Positions 20,187-30,075 are shown, numbered from the stretch's first letter. The stretch: DNA of 64,000 bases from an uncultured Gammaproteobacteria bacterium (GCA_902634075.1 CACPJA010000003.1:8407-72406); one strand, 5' to 3'. Made by a program: numbers and translations. The notes: generated from the sequence alone by a model not told the origin.

Positions 20187-21377
20187 ATGCAGAAGATAAA
20201 ACCAAGAAAGTGGCAAGAGAAAGCACTTAAAATCTGGAAAAAGGAAAAAAAAGGCATAGTTAAGGTTGTAACTGGAGGCGGAAAGACTTTTTTTGCCTGT
20301 TTTTGTATAGATTTTCTTTTGAAAAAGAAGCTTAGGGAAACAAAAATAGTAATTTTTGTTCCCTCATTGATGCTTATAGATCAATGGGAAGTTGAAATTA
20401 ATCACTTCTTTAAAAATAAGGTCTCAGTTACAACATGTTCTGGCGATACTAGACCAGATTTGGACTCTCAAGTTATTATTTCAACCTTGGATTCAGGGAA
20501 AAAACTGATAGAAAGGTTAAAAAGTAAAAGTAGTGTTTTTTGCATAGTCGATGAATGCCATAGAGCTGGCTCTGAAAAACGTTCTCAATGTATAAAGCAT
20601 AAGTGGGGTTATACACTCGGGCTTTCAGCTACTCCAGAACGGGAGAATGACGATGCTTTTGAAGAGATCTTAGTGCCTTATCTGGGTGAAGTTTTCTATA
20701 ATTATGATTACATTGAGGCTTTGAGAGATGGCGTGATTTCAAAATTTGATCTTATTAATGTTTATGTACCTCTGATAGAAGATGAAGAAGTCGCATATAA
20801 AAAAGCGACTGAGAGGATAAGTAAAAGGATAGGTATTTTAGGCAAGTTTGATAAATATGATGATTATTTGAAAATTCTTCTTATCAAAAGATCAAGAATA
20901 CTCAATGATGCTTACTTAAGAGCGCCTACAGCAAGAAAAATAATTAATTTAAGAACATCAAAAAAATGGCTCGTTTTTTGTGAGCAAATATTACAGGCTG
21001 AGATATTGGCAGAGTTAATAAATAGAAAAGGTTTAAGGATAGCAACTTATCACACAGGCTTATCTAAGATTGAGAGATGTAATAATTTATCTATGTTTAA
21101 AGATGGAGTAGTGGATGTTTTAATCAGCTGTAAGAGCCTTGATGAGGGCTTTGATGTTCCAGATGCAGAATCTGCAATTATTGTTAGCAGTTCTGCTTCA
21201 GTAAGGCAGAGAATACAAAGAATGGGTAGAGTTTTAAGAAAAACTTCAGAAAACAAGAATGCCAAGATTTATACTCTTTATTCTTCAGAAATAGAAAAAG
21301 GCAGACTAGCTGATGAGGCAAAAAGATTCGATTACGATGTTAATGTAGCATGGAAAAAGATAGAAGCTAATGGCTGA
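20187..21377 (+). CDS. SF2 DEAD/DEAH-box helicase (XPB/ResIII-like)
   Basis: Q motif PRKWQ, TGGGKT, DECH, LSAT, LDEGFDVP, QRMGRVLR. Confidence 0.9.
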   Translation: MQKIKPRKWQEKALKIWKKEKKGIVKVVTGGGKTFFACFCIDFLLKKKLRETKIVIFVPSLMLIDQWEVEINHFFKNKVSVTTCSGDTRPDLDSQVIISTLDSGKKLIERLKSKSSVFCIVDECHRAGSEKRSQCIKHKWGYTLGLSATPERENDDAFEEILVPYLGEVFYNYDYIEALRDGVISKFDLINVYVPLIEDEEVAYKKATERISKRIGILGKFDKYDDYLKILLIKRSRILNDAYLRAPTARKIINLRTSKKWLVFCEQILQAEILAELINRKGLRIATYHTGLSKIERCNNLSMFKDGVVDVLISCKSLDEGFDVPDAESAIIVSSSASVRQRIQRMGRVLRKTSENKNAKIYTLYSSEIEKGRLADEAKRFDYDVNVAWKKIEANG

Positions 21378-22188
21378 GATTTTTTATAAGAGCAAGATAT
21401 TTAAAGAATATAAAAAAAATGTTCATTATGAATCAGACTTTGAAGAATTAGTAAGGAAGCATCTGATTGAATTTACTAACAAAAGGCTAGGTATTGAGAA
21501 CTCACTAGTTTGCAGAGAAATGAAATATCAATTTTCATCACCCTATGGTTTAACAAAGCCAGATTTAATTATATTTGATAGACAATATACCAACTATTGG
21601 ATTGTTGAGGTTGAGCTTGCTACCCATAGGTGGGATCACGTTTATCCACAAATGACGAAGATAACTAATGCAGATTATTCTGGTTCAGCATTTGAAATGT
21701 TAGAGCATATCAAAAGAGAAGGAACGAATGATGTAGATGAGAAGAAATTTTTAGAACTCATAGAAATGCAAACACCTCGTTTCTTGCTAGTGATCAATGA
21801 TAGACCAACATGGTATGAAGAATATGTTATATCTGAATTAGAGTTTGAATATATAGAAATGAAAGTATATAGAAATGAAGATCTAGACACTCTATACTCA
21901 ATTTCAGGTAACAGCTTAGACCTATCAGAAATAGAGGCTGTGATTACACCTTCAGCATCTAAGAAATTTTTTGAATTATCTAAAAATACTTTATTGAGTG
22001 AATTTAAAGACAATAAAACAATCAAAGTTGTTTATAAAAACCATGAATTTTCTCTCTCTATTGTAAATAATAAAAAACAATGTTTACTCTTCGCGCACAA
22101 CGATGATAATCTTAGCTATGATCACGCTTATAAGCTTTCAAAATCTAAAGATCAAGAAGTCTACCTAATGACTAGACTATATAAATAG
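21370..22188 (+). CDS. putative PD-(D/E)xK-like nuclease
   Basis: E..FE helix then KPDLIIF...WIVEVEL..H; overlaps the helicase stop. Confidence 0.55.
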   Translation: MAEIFYKSKIFKEYKKNVHYESDFEELVRKHLIEFTNKRLGIENSLVCREMKYQFSSPYGLTKPDLIIFDRQYTNYWIVEVELATHRWDHVYPQMTKITNADYSGSAFEMLEHIKREGTNDVDEKKFLELIEMQTPRFLLVINDRPTWYEEYVISELEFEYIEMKVYRNEDLDTLYSISGNSLDLSEIEAVITPSASKKFFELSKNTLLSEFKDNKTIKVVYKNHEFSLSIVNNKKQCLLFAHNDDNLSYDHAYKLSKSKDQEVYLMTRLYK

Positions 22189-22238
22189 GATTGCTATAAC
22201 TGAGAAAAAATAAATAAAAAAATATCGAGAATAAATAA

Positions 22239-23798
22239 ATGCCCAATCAAGAAACAATATCTGAACAAATAGAATTTGATTATGAAGTACGAGGACAGGT
22301 TTTGGAAATCTATCAAAAAGCTGACTATGATCCTTGGATAGCAGTAGGTGAATGGGTAGATAATTCTGTCCAGGCATTCAAAGAGAATAAGAAAGCATTA
22401 CAAAAACTTTATAAAGAAGATGGTGTTGAAGGGTTAGAGGTTAAAATATTTTATGAAGCAGGCAAAAAGTTCGTGATCAGAGATAATTCTGCTGGAATGA
22501 ATGAGGAGGAATTAAGAGATGCTTTTAGGATGGGTAAGGCCAAGAAACGGCAGACAGATGACTTGGGCCAGAATAATGCAGGCATGAAAAGTGCTGCGCT
22601 ATGGCTAGGAGAGAAATGGGAGATAAAAACAAAAAAATTTGACAACAATGCTGAATATACAGTGCTGGTAGACGCAAAAAAGTTATTTGCAGATGATTTT
22701 AAGTTGAGTGTTACCAAAAGAACAGTTAATGACGATTCACACTATACTTCAATAACAATTTCTAAGATCCTTAAAAAAAGAAAATGGGGCGCTGCTCAAC
22801 AGACAAAAATCAAAAAATATTTAGCATCTATGTATAAATATTTTATCGAAGATGAAGGTCTTAATTTGACCTGGAACGAGACCAAAATCGAACCAAGAAA
22901 CTTAACAATAAGAAAAGATCTTGATGGGAATGAATACAAATATGATTTTGCTGCTAAGAAAGGCGATATTGCGAAGGGAGATTATCTTGGCATCAAAGGG
23001 TTTTTTGCTATTTTACATCCTGATAGTCAGTTAAAAGCAGATGGTTTTCCTCTATCGACGGGAACGGGAAGAATCAATGCTGGCATTAGTATTTATAGAA
23101 GAAATAGGATGATAATGGGTTATCCTAAGGCGTGGAAGCCAGATGATCTTTATGGCGAAGATGGTAGCAATGATTTATTTAATCAAAGAGTTTTTGGAAT
23201 TATTCATGTTGATGATGCCGATGTATCCCAAGACAAATCAGCTATAGCTAATCATGACCTTAGAATTATTGAGAAATTTTTGACCAAAAAAATTCAAGAG
23301 TTTGATCTTAAGACCAAGGTAAAGGGCTTTAAAGATAAAAAGAAGCCTCCAACTAAAGATCAGTTAGAGGATGCAAAAAATGAAATAGTCAAAACTTTGC
23401 AAGAATCAGATGCCCTAGACCTGACTCTTAACGATGAAATTCCAGATAAAGAGATTCTAGAAGCTGAAAAAGAGAGCATAGATCAAATAAAAGATGAGCA
23501 AGCTAAAAAGGTGATTAAAGTTGGAGAATTTACGGTTAATTTATATTTTCAGGATATTGGAGAAGGAAAAAAATATATTGTTAACACACCAACAACGAAA
23601 AATGATCCTAGAACTATAAACCTCATTGTCAATCAAACTCATCCATACATGGATCAAACTGTAGATTTAGAACAATATTTTTTGGATTGTGTCATGGATG
23701 GGATTGCCATTTGGAAAGGAGAACAAATTAACCGCGATGATGGCATGGCTTTTGCCCATACCAAAGACTCAGTCATGAGGTTAGGTGTTGAAAATTAG
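22239..23798 (+). CDS. GHKL (MORC/MutL/Hsp90-like) ATPase
   Basis: N-box EWVDNSVQA, G1 RDNSAGM, G2 LGQNNAGMKSAA, S5-like GISIYRRNRMI..RVFGII. Confidence 0.85.
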   Translation: MPNQETISEQIEFDYEVRGQVLEIYQKADYDPWIAVGEWVDNSVQAFKENKKALQKLYKEDGVEGLEVKIFYEAGKKFVIRDNSAGMNEEELRDAFRMGKAKKRQTDDLGQNNAGMKSAALWLGEKWEIKTKKFDNNAEYTVLVDAKKLFADDFKLSVTKRTVNDDSHYTSITISKILKKRKWGAAQQTKIKKYLASMYKYFIEDEGLNLTWNETKIEPRNLTIRKDLDGNEYKYDFAAKKGDIAKGDYLGIKGFFAILHPDSQLKADGFPLSTGTGRINAGISIYRRNRMIMGYPKAWKPDDLYGEDGSNDLFNQRVFGIIHVDDADVSQDKSAIANHDLRIIEKFLTKKIQEFDLKTKVKGFKDKKKPPTKDQLEDAKNEIVKTLQESDALDLTLNDEIPDKEILEAEKESIDQIKDEQAKKVIKVGEFTVNLYFQDIGEGKKYIVNTPTTKNDPRTINLIVNQTHPYMDQTVDLEQYFLDCVMDGIAIWKGEQINRDDGMAFAHTKDSVMRLGVEN

Positions 23799-23799
23799 A

Positions 23800-24699
23800 T
23801 TATAAGAACCAACCTTTGGCTCCTTTTAGGAATTCTTCATCAAGATCGGTGCAGGTCCAGTTTCTCTCTAACTTTTCTGCAACATAACCCGTGGTACAAC
23901 TACCACCAAAGGGATCAAAGACAGTGCCCCCTTTTCTAGTGGTCATCTTGATAAAAAATTCAGGCAGGAAGGGAGGAAACTTTGCTGGGTGAATTTTGTA
24001 ACCTTTTTTTCGACAATACTTGTTGTAGACACTTTCTGTTGAATTGGCCATCTGGAAGTGATTGTTTGGTTCTGTGTAATCTCTAATGACGTTCGGTGGT
24101 ATGGCTCCTTTATTTTTATTTCCAAACTTGTCTGAAATTCTGTGTTCACTGGGCCTTGTTTCGCTGTTGTATCCTTTTTTGAAAAGTTTTTCTTGAGCTT
24201 TCGAATAGGGTTTTAAGACTTTCTTGTTGTTCGCTCTTGGATTCGGATCTTTTGACATCCACCAAATGAAATTAACTGAATCTTTCACACGAACTCTTTT
24301 TACAGTTACCCACTGCGCTGGGGTTGGTAATTTATTAATATTCTCCCAAAGAAACTCTTGTGCTAGATGAAAACCGTATTCCCGATGCAGTATAATTGGT
24401 AATTCGAAGTGATACAGGCTTCTAGTCGGTTGACCTTTCACCCATGACCCACCAATATCAATCACAAGGCTGCCTTTCGGTTTAAGAATTCTTTTAAAAT
24501 TATCTGCAAAGCCACAAAACCAATCTAAATATTCCTCTTGTTTTTCATTGCCATAACTCTTTGGGGATTGAAGTGCATAAGGAGGACTAGTGACAATCAG
24601 ATCAATAGAGCTATCAGCAATTCGTTTGGTCATATACTCATTGGCATCTGCTTGAACAGCTTTTCCATGTTTAGTTTTAAAAATTTGTTTTATTGGCAT
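23800..24699 (-). CDS. beta-class DNA methyltransferase, probably N4-cytosine (M.PvuII-like)
   Basis: TSPPY precedes HPAKFP and FDPFGGSCTTG; KRVRVKDSVNFIWW. Confidence 0.9.
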   Translation of the reverse strand: MPIKQIFKTKHGKAVQADANEYMTKRIADSSIDLIVTSPPYALQSPKSYGNEKQEEYLDWFCGFADNFKRILKPKGSLVIDIGGSWVKGQPTRSLYHFELPIILHREYGFHLAQEFLWENINKLPTPAQWVTVKRVRVKDSVNFIWWMSKDPNPRANNKKVLKPYSKAQEKLFKKGYNSETRPSEHRISDKFGNKNKGAIPPNVIRDYTEPNNHFQMANSTESVYNKYCRKKGYKIHPAKFPPFLPEFFIKMTTRKGGTVFDPFGGSCTTGYVAEKLERNWTCTDLDEEFLKGAKGWFL

Positions 24700-24760
24700 C
24701 TTAAGAATTTTGCCTTAGTATTTAATTGGTATTATATAGCAAAGAAAACAGGAGACTAGT

Positions 24761-25048
24761 GTGTTAGATGATAATGAAATTGAGTTCGAAGAATTAGTCA
24801 TTGATAAAGAGAAGACAGAGCCCAAGCCAGACAAAAAACCAGAAACCAGAATGAATAAAACCGATGAAGTTGAAAATATTTCGGTCAATGTTGATGCCAA
24901 TATTCTCTCAGTTGAGGTTAACTTAGATAATGAAATTGGAACCACAAAAAGAGGAAAAATTAGCATAGCGACAACACATGGAAGTAAACATTACCAGTTG
25001 AATGATGATTATGGATGTTTTCTCAGCCTTACTGTGTATAAAAACTAG
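24761..25048 (+). CDS. small hypothetical protein
   Basis: GTG start with SD CAGGAG; beta-rich C-terminal half (GTTKRGKISIATTHG...LTVYK). Confidence 0.65.
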   Translation: MLDDNEIEFEELVIDKEKTEPKPDKKPETRMNKTDEVENISVNVDANILSVEVNLDNEIGTTKRGKISIATTHGSKHYQLNDDYGCFLSLTVYKN

Positions 25049-25056
25049 GACTTATT

Positions 25057-26247
25057 ATGGCAAAACTAGGCGACTTTCTTACCAAGGATCAGAAGACTGA
25101 TCTGTATAAATCTGTCCGAAAGCATATTCTCAATTTGCCCCATGTTAAACAGAACAGCTGGGATGCCTTTTTCATCATAATATTCCTTATTCTGGTGGCT
25201 GATAAAAAAGTAAGGCCTGCCGAGCAAGCTTTTTTTGATGATCTTCTAAGTGCAATATTTGATAAGGATTGGGAGCCATCAAATCTGATAAAGGGCAAAA
25301 TCCCTGCAGAATCAAGGCAAATTAATTTAGCAAATAAGGTCCTGTCAATATATGAAGATATAAGATCGCTTGATGATGATGCGATTAAGGAAGTTGTTCA
25401 ATCTCTTGCAACAAATATAACTGATGATAATTTAAAAACTCTTTGTTTGCTTTGTATTGCAAGACTAGCTATTAGTGATCTTGAGTTAGCAAGATATGAA
25501 AGAAAGTTAATCTTTATGTTTGCGGAGTCTTGGAAGCTTGACGATCTTTTATTGGAGATAAAGTTTAAAAGGATTAAAGAGGAGAGCGATTCTTATTTTG
25601 TAAGATCTTTATTAAGCCCTAACTTAGGACTTTATGATGCTCAAGGTTTATCACATGAACAATATGAAGAGATTGTTCACCTTATACATCAACGCGGTCT
25701 AAATGTCCCAGGCGATGAGTTGGTTTCAGAACTGTTCCAGATATATCGTTCTGAAATAGATAGGAAGCATGAGATTGATATCAAAGATATCAGGAAAGAG
25801 AATGATAAACGAACAAGAGAGAGAAAGAAAAAACATCAGCAAGATATGAAAGAATTAAATAAAAAGTTCAGATATAAGAGATCTCGTTATGGGCCAGCTT
25901 TTATCTGTAAAAATTTCCTAAAAAAACTTAATTTCCATAGGGATAGTTTTGATAATTTAGACGAGAAATTCGAGAGTTCAGATATATGGAATAGCTTATC
26001 AAAGCTCAATATGGGTAAACATATTAATGACAAGCTCATTAGAACTAAAAGGATAGAAGCTAGAAAGGGCTGGCTAGAGATCCCTAACATTACTACGGGC
26101 AGCAGTAATTTAGGACGAATCTACTATCATCAATCAGAAGATAAAAATTGGCATTATCATGTTTATGTTGATGCTAAAGGTGATGAAAAAACCCAAAAGA
26201 AAGTTTTTAAGCAAATCGACTTATGGAAAAGGAGTAAATTCGTATGA
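25057..26247 (+). CDS. TerB-like domain protein with a coiled coil and a possible RelE/ParE-like C-terminus
   Basis: VADKKVRPAE and AISDLELARYE resemble the two TerB half-motifs; C-terminal WLEI...GRIYY...K..Q. Confidence 0.55.
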   Translation: MAKLGDFLTKDQKTDLYKSVRKHILNLPHVKQNSWDAFFIIIFLILVADKKVRPAEQAFFDDLLSAIFDKDWEPSNLIKGKIPAESRQINLANKVLSIYEDIRSLDDDAIKEVVQSLATNITDDNLKTLCLLCIARLAISDLELARYERKLIFMFAESWKLDDLLLEIKFKRIKEESDSYFVRSLLSPNLGLYDAQGLSHEQYEEIVHLIHQRGLNVPGDELVSELFQIYRSEIDRKHEIDIKDIRKENDKRTRERKKKHQQDMKELNKKFRYKRSRYGPAFICKNFLKKLNFHRDSFDNLDEKFESSDIWNSLSKLNMGKHINDKLIRTKRIEARKGWLEIPNITTGSSNLGRIYYHQSEDKNWHYHVYVDAKGDEKTQKKVFKQIDLWKRSKFV

Positions 26248-26314
26248 TTAGCCCTGAAATAAATAAATATTTCAATATTCTTGAAAGAATCACTTGGGAT
26301 AGTATCCTCTAATA

Positions 26315-26947
26315 ATGAGCCAAGGATCGTTATTTGAAGATACTGTTTCGTCTGGAGAGATAGTAGTCATTAAAGATCAAGGTTTAGGTGAAGCGATATA
26401 TTACCCCAACTTTTTTTCATCTATTGAGGCTGATAGATACTTTGAGTTATGTAATAGCGAATCAGTGCCATGGGCTAGAGAAACAATAAGAGTTTATGGA
26501 AAAAAACACTTGATTCCAAGAGATACGGCATGGTTTAGTAAAGATGGTCTAGCCTATACATACTCTGGCATAAAAATGGATCCTGATCCTTATCCTGCAT
26601 TTATTAAAAAAATTCAGCAAAAAATAGATACCATTGAGAATTTTGGTTTTAACTCTGTGCTTTTGAATAGATACAATGACGGTTCAGACAAAGTCTCATG
26701 GCATTCCGACGATGAAAGAGAGTTATCTGGAATAGTTAATATAGCTTCAGTCAGTTTCGGTCATACCAGAGTTTTTCAACTTCGAAAGAAACCGAATACT
26801 AAAAAAGATTTAGAAATTAATCTTGAGCATGGCAGTTTGCTTATTATGAAGGATCCATTACAGCAAAACTGGGAGCATCAAGTACCAAAAACCTCAAGAG
26901 ATATAGGCCCTAGGATAAATCTTACTTTTAGAAAAATAGTTCTTTAA
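26315..26947 (+). CDS. AlkB-family 2OG-Fe(II) dioxygenase (ALKBH2/3-like)
   Basis: FNSVLLNRY, WHSDDE, WEHQVPK, RINLTFR. Confidence 0.92.
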   Translation: MSQGSLFEDTVSSGEIVVIKDQGLGEAIYYPNFFSSIEADRYFELCNSESVPWARETIRVYGKKHLIPRDTAWFSKDGLAYTYSGIKMDPDPYPAFIKKIQQKIDTIENFGFNSVLLNRYNDGSDKVSWHSDDERELSGIVNIASVSFGHTRVFQLRKKPNTKKDLEINLEHGSLLIMKDPLQQNWEHQVPKTSRDIGPRINLTFRKIVL

Positions 26948-27945
26948 TGAGTCAATTTGTTCCAATTTCTCCTAAGGTTAGCCTTCCAAGATTAAGAACA
27001 ACGGACAGCAGAATCAGGCGCCTCCTTGAGAAAGAGGCCCCAATGGAAGCTTGGCCTATAGACGAAAGAAAGAAAATCACAGAAAAGATTAGGTATTTAC
27101 AAGATAGATATAATGACGATAGGACCAACATTGATTATTCATCCAAACATACCCAAATCGCTTATGCTATTGCTTATTATCCCAATTATGTAGAAGGCTT
27201 GACACAAATATTAGAATTAATAAACCGCTCTCATTCTTTGTATAACGAATGGGCGAGTTATTTCCACGAGCAAAGGAGACAACCGTTAAATGTAGTTTTT
27301 TTTGGCTCAGGACCTGCGCCTGAACTCTATAGTTTCAAGAGATTCTTAGATTTTTTATGTCGCCAAGCCATGCTTCCTGATGGAGGATATTTCCCTCAAG
27401 TATCAGTTGACTTGTTTGAAATGGAACAAGCTTGGGAGTGGTCGTTAGATAATATAACTAAATCTCTAATGAATCATGAGCGACAGCCTTCTCACAGAAA
27501 GATGAATATTAATTTTCAACAACATGATTTAACTAAACCCTTCAGTTCTATTGCTAACCAAATAAAACAGGAATACCATCTCATTTTTCTTCAGAATCTG
27601 GCAAATGAAATACCAACATCTGATCAGGAAACCCGCTCTTTAATTAATAATCTGAAACTCTTTATAGGAAGACTCAAACCAGGAGTTGGTTATTGTGTAA
27701 TTGCCAGTAGAGGATTTCAGAACTATAGAGTGAATAATCTTATCAGACATTATGTAGAACAAGAAGAGTCTTTAGAGTTTGTTATTGATAGTAAAAAAAT
27801 TGAATTAAATGCAAATTGTGAAGAACAAAAAGACAAAGTGCTTAAGGATTATATTTATAGTGAACTCTATGTTGGCAGCCGATTCGACTATAGGCGTTTT
27901 GACAACAAATCCCATGTAATTGCTATCAAATCTGTCGTCAAATAA
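26947..27945 (+). CDS. putative SAM-dependent methyltransferase-fold protein
   Basis: AYAIAYYP and VFFGSGPAPE (motif-I-like), acidic residues after the second strand; TAATG coupling to AlkB. Confidence 0.55.
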   Translation: MSQFVPISPKVSLPRLRTTDSRIRRLLEKEAPMEAWPIDERKKITEKIRYLQDRYNDDRTNIDYSSKHTQIAYAIAYYPNYVEGLTQILELINRSHSLYNEWASYFHEQRRQPLNVVFFGSGPAPELYSFKRFLDFLCRQAMLPDGGYFPQVSVDLFEMEQAWEWSLDNITKSLMNHERQPSHRKMNINFQQHDLTKPFSSIANQIKQEYHLIFLQNLANEIPTSDQETRSLINNLKLFIGRLKPGVGYCVIASRGFQNYRVNNLIRHYVEQEESLEFVIDSKKIELNANCEEQKDKVLKDYIYSELYVGSRFDYRRFDNKSHVIAIKSVVK

Positions 27946-27965
27946 ATTCTAATTGTTTAACTAAT

Positions 27966-29069
27966 TCAGATTGAAAGGATAAAGCCTGTGTTTGAAGGAA
28001 TATTGCCGTTCAGGAATCGTTTGAAGGTTTCATCGATTTGTTTATTGCCTTTTAATCTAGAAATTTCCATCCAGTTATCACTATAAATCTGAAACTCCTT
28101 CAAACCCATTGCAATTCGTTTTTGCACTTCACCTGATCCCCATTCCTCGGTTCTTTTTTGTGCCTGTGTCGGCGCGAAAAAGAAGGTTGGGGTGGCACCA
28201 GGAAAGGAATTCATGTCACCTACATTAAAATCCTTTTGATTAGCCTGATGAGTTGCACCCACGCTGCATGAGTATTTCACATTGTCAGCAAAATGTTCAT
28301 GGAGATCTTGCATGGCTGAAAAATTACCCGCCATATCGACAATCATGATGGTGTCATTGTTATCCAGTATCCGTCCCTGATCGTAGGTGATTACTTCATC
28401 GTAACAACCAAGGCTTTGGCAAAACTCAACATTTTTTTCAGAAGTCATGCCAATGCGCTTCTTCTCACCGCGTTGCTGAGCTGTGAAGGCGAGGGCAATG
28501 CTGGTTTTAGAACTGGCACAAGTGATGACATAGCTGTTGGCGCCAAAGTAATCGTTATCAAACATAAAATCATCAACCAACCAGGAGGTGAGAAATAAAC
28601 CGCGAAGCAATAAATCCTGATCCTCTCTAGCCTCTTCATACAAGGGGTTGGCATTAACGTTATCAAATCTTGAGTAAATGGGTGCTAGGGTTTGTCGATA
28701 AGGGACCGCATCGCTAAAACCTGAGGCGCTGACATTGCCAGCTTGCACAATTAGGTAATTCGACATTGGGTAGAACCCCCAGAACCGATCTCCAACTTTA
28801 ATCTCAGAATGATTCGATGCAGCGACATTGGCGTAACCCATTGCTGGCACTCTGCCGTAGCCATCAGTGGCGGGGAAGAACTGCCAATAGCCAAGGGTAT
28901 CACCGGCCAGACAATAGGAAATATTGTTCGCCGTTAAGGCAAAGAGATCAATTGCAAAGAGGACTTGATCCTCCTCGAGATTGCCATCAAAACCGGTATT
29001 ATTAATTCGGGTGTCGGTCCAATCGTTTTTTTTCACCTCGAAGGTGGTGATCTCGATCGGGTTAGTCAA
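27966..29069 (-). CDS. DUF2855 family protein
   Basis: LTANNISY, GYWQFFP, GFYPMS, ASSKTS, FFFAP; likely TTG start overlapping the upstream stop. Confidence 0.8.
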   Translation of the reverse strand: MTNPIEITTFEVKKNDWTDTRINNTGFDGNLEEDQVLFAIDLFALTANNISYCLAGDTLGYWQFFPATDGYGRVPAMGYANVAASNHSEIKVGDRFWGFYPMSNYLIVQAGNVSASGFSDAVPYRQTLAPIYSRFDNVNANPLYEEAREDQDLLLRGLFLTSWLVDDFMFDNDYFGANSYVITCASSKTSIALAFTAQQRGEKKRIGMTSEKNVEFCQSLGCYDEVITYDQGRILDNNDTIMIVDMAGNFSAMQDLHEHFADNVKYSCSVGATHQANQKDFNVGDMNSFPGATPTFFFAPTQAQKRTEEWGSGEVQKRIAMGLKEFQIYSDNWMEISRLKGNKQIDETFKRFLNGNIPSNTGFILSI

Positions 29070-29943
29070 TGTCAAGGCCGTAGATTCTGATGACGTTGTC
29101 GCGCAGGAGTTTGCGTCTGACCTCAGGTTTAAGCCCAAGTTCATCAATGTCATCGATGGATTTTTTAAATTCCAGCACCGGGAAGTCTGTGCCGAAGATT
29201 ACTTTGTCCTGACCGTAACTGTTCACATAATGGGTAAAGCTCTTTGGCCAGTATTTGGGTCGGTGAGCGTCACTGCCAATGTAAATGTTCTCGTGTTTCC
29301 AGGCCATGGAGATCATTTCGTCGTGCCATGGGATGCCCACATGAATACCGATTAATTTTAACTCAGGTAAATCACAAGCCACGGTATCGAGAGTAATCGG
29401 TTGACCAACACTTCGAGTTCGATACTCTTTCGAGTAAACCATCGATTGCCCGACTTGCATTTGAATGGGCACATCCAACTCACAACATTTGGCGTAAAAC
29501 GGATAATATTTTGCATGATCCGGAGCCAGTTCATACCAATGCGGGTAGAGATGGGCACCAATAAAGCCCATATTGGTGACGGCGTCTTCGAAAGATCTAA
29601 CGCCGTCCATGCCATCAAAAGGGTCGATTCCGGCAAGCCCAAAAAAACGATCTGGGTATTGTTCACAAGCTTTGGCCACGACTTCATAAGGCATGTGATA
29701 ACAACCCGGTAGTCCAACCCGGCCCGAATGTGCAGCAATTAAAAAGGCTCGTTCAATGCCGGCTTCATCCATCTTTTCAATCATCTGCTCTAAGGTCAGT
29801 CCAGCCATCAGAGCACTTTGTGCGTTCATCTTATCGACAAAGAATTCATCGCCCCAATCGGGTCGATGTGAGAGTGCTTCCTCGGTCCAAATATTGACCA
29901 CCGCATCAATTGCTTGATAATCGTTTTCTTTATTTCCTGCCAT
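29062..29943 (-). CDS. amidohydrolase 2 family protein
   Basis: YPDRFFGLAGIDP, YYPFYAKCCELDVP, KVIFGTDFP. Confidence 0.88.
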   Translation of the reverse strand: MAGNKENDYQAIDAVVNIWTEEALSHRPDWGDEFFVDKMNAQSALMAGLTLEQMIEKMDEAGIERAFLIAAHSGRVGLPGCYHMPYEVVAKACEQYPDRFFGLAGIDPFDGMDGVRSFEDAVTNMGFIGAHLYPHWYELAPDHAKYYPFYAKCCELDVPIQMQVGQSMVYSKEYRTRSVGQPITLDTVACDLPELKLIGIHVGIPWHDEMISMAWKHENIYIGSDAHRPKYWPKSFTHYVNSYGQDKVIFGTDFPVLEFKKSIDDIDELGLKPEVRRKLLRDNVIRIYGLDID

Positions 29944-29989
29944 AAATGACAACATTAGCAAAACTTAGGCAATTATACTATGATGACAG

Positions 29990-30075
29990 CAAGGTAAGGG
30001 GCGGCTGAAAGGCCTGAGATTCTTAAGGAAACCCTTAGAACCTGATCCATATAATTATGGCGGAGGAATACCATG
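29990..30075 (+). ncRNA. TPP riboswitch
   Basis: GGGG...CTGAGA...ACCCT.AGAACCTGATC...TAAT...GCGGAGGAA core with P1 GGTA/TACC, upstream of pnuC. Confidence 0.92.

Noticed and set aside
20187..26247. Assignment to Shango, DISARM, BREX, Dnd or type I/III RM
   Set aside because: Required partners (BrxC/PglZ, DrmA/B, Dnd proteins, HsdS, Mod, Shango P-loop ATPase) are not seen
28981..29738. Several overlapping ORFs of 100-126 aa
   Set aside because: Alternate-frame or antisense shadows of the amidohydrolase and DUF2855 genes
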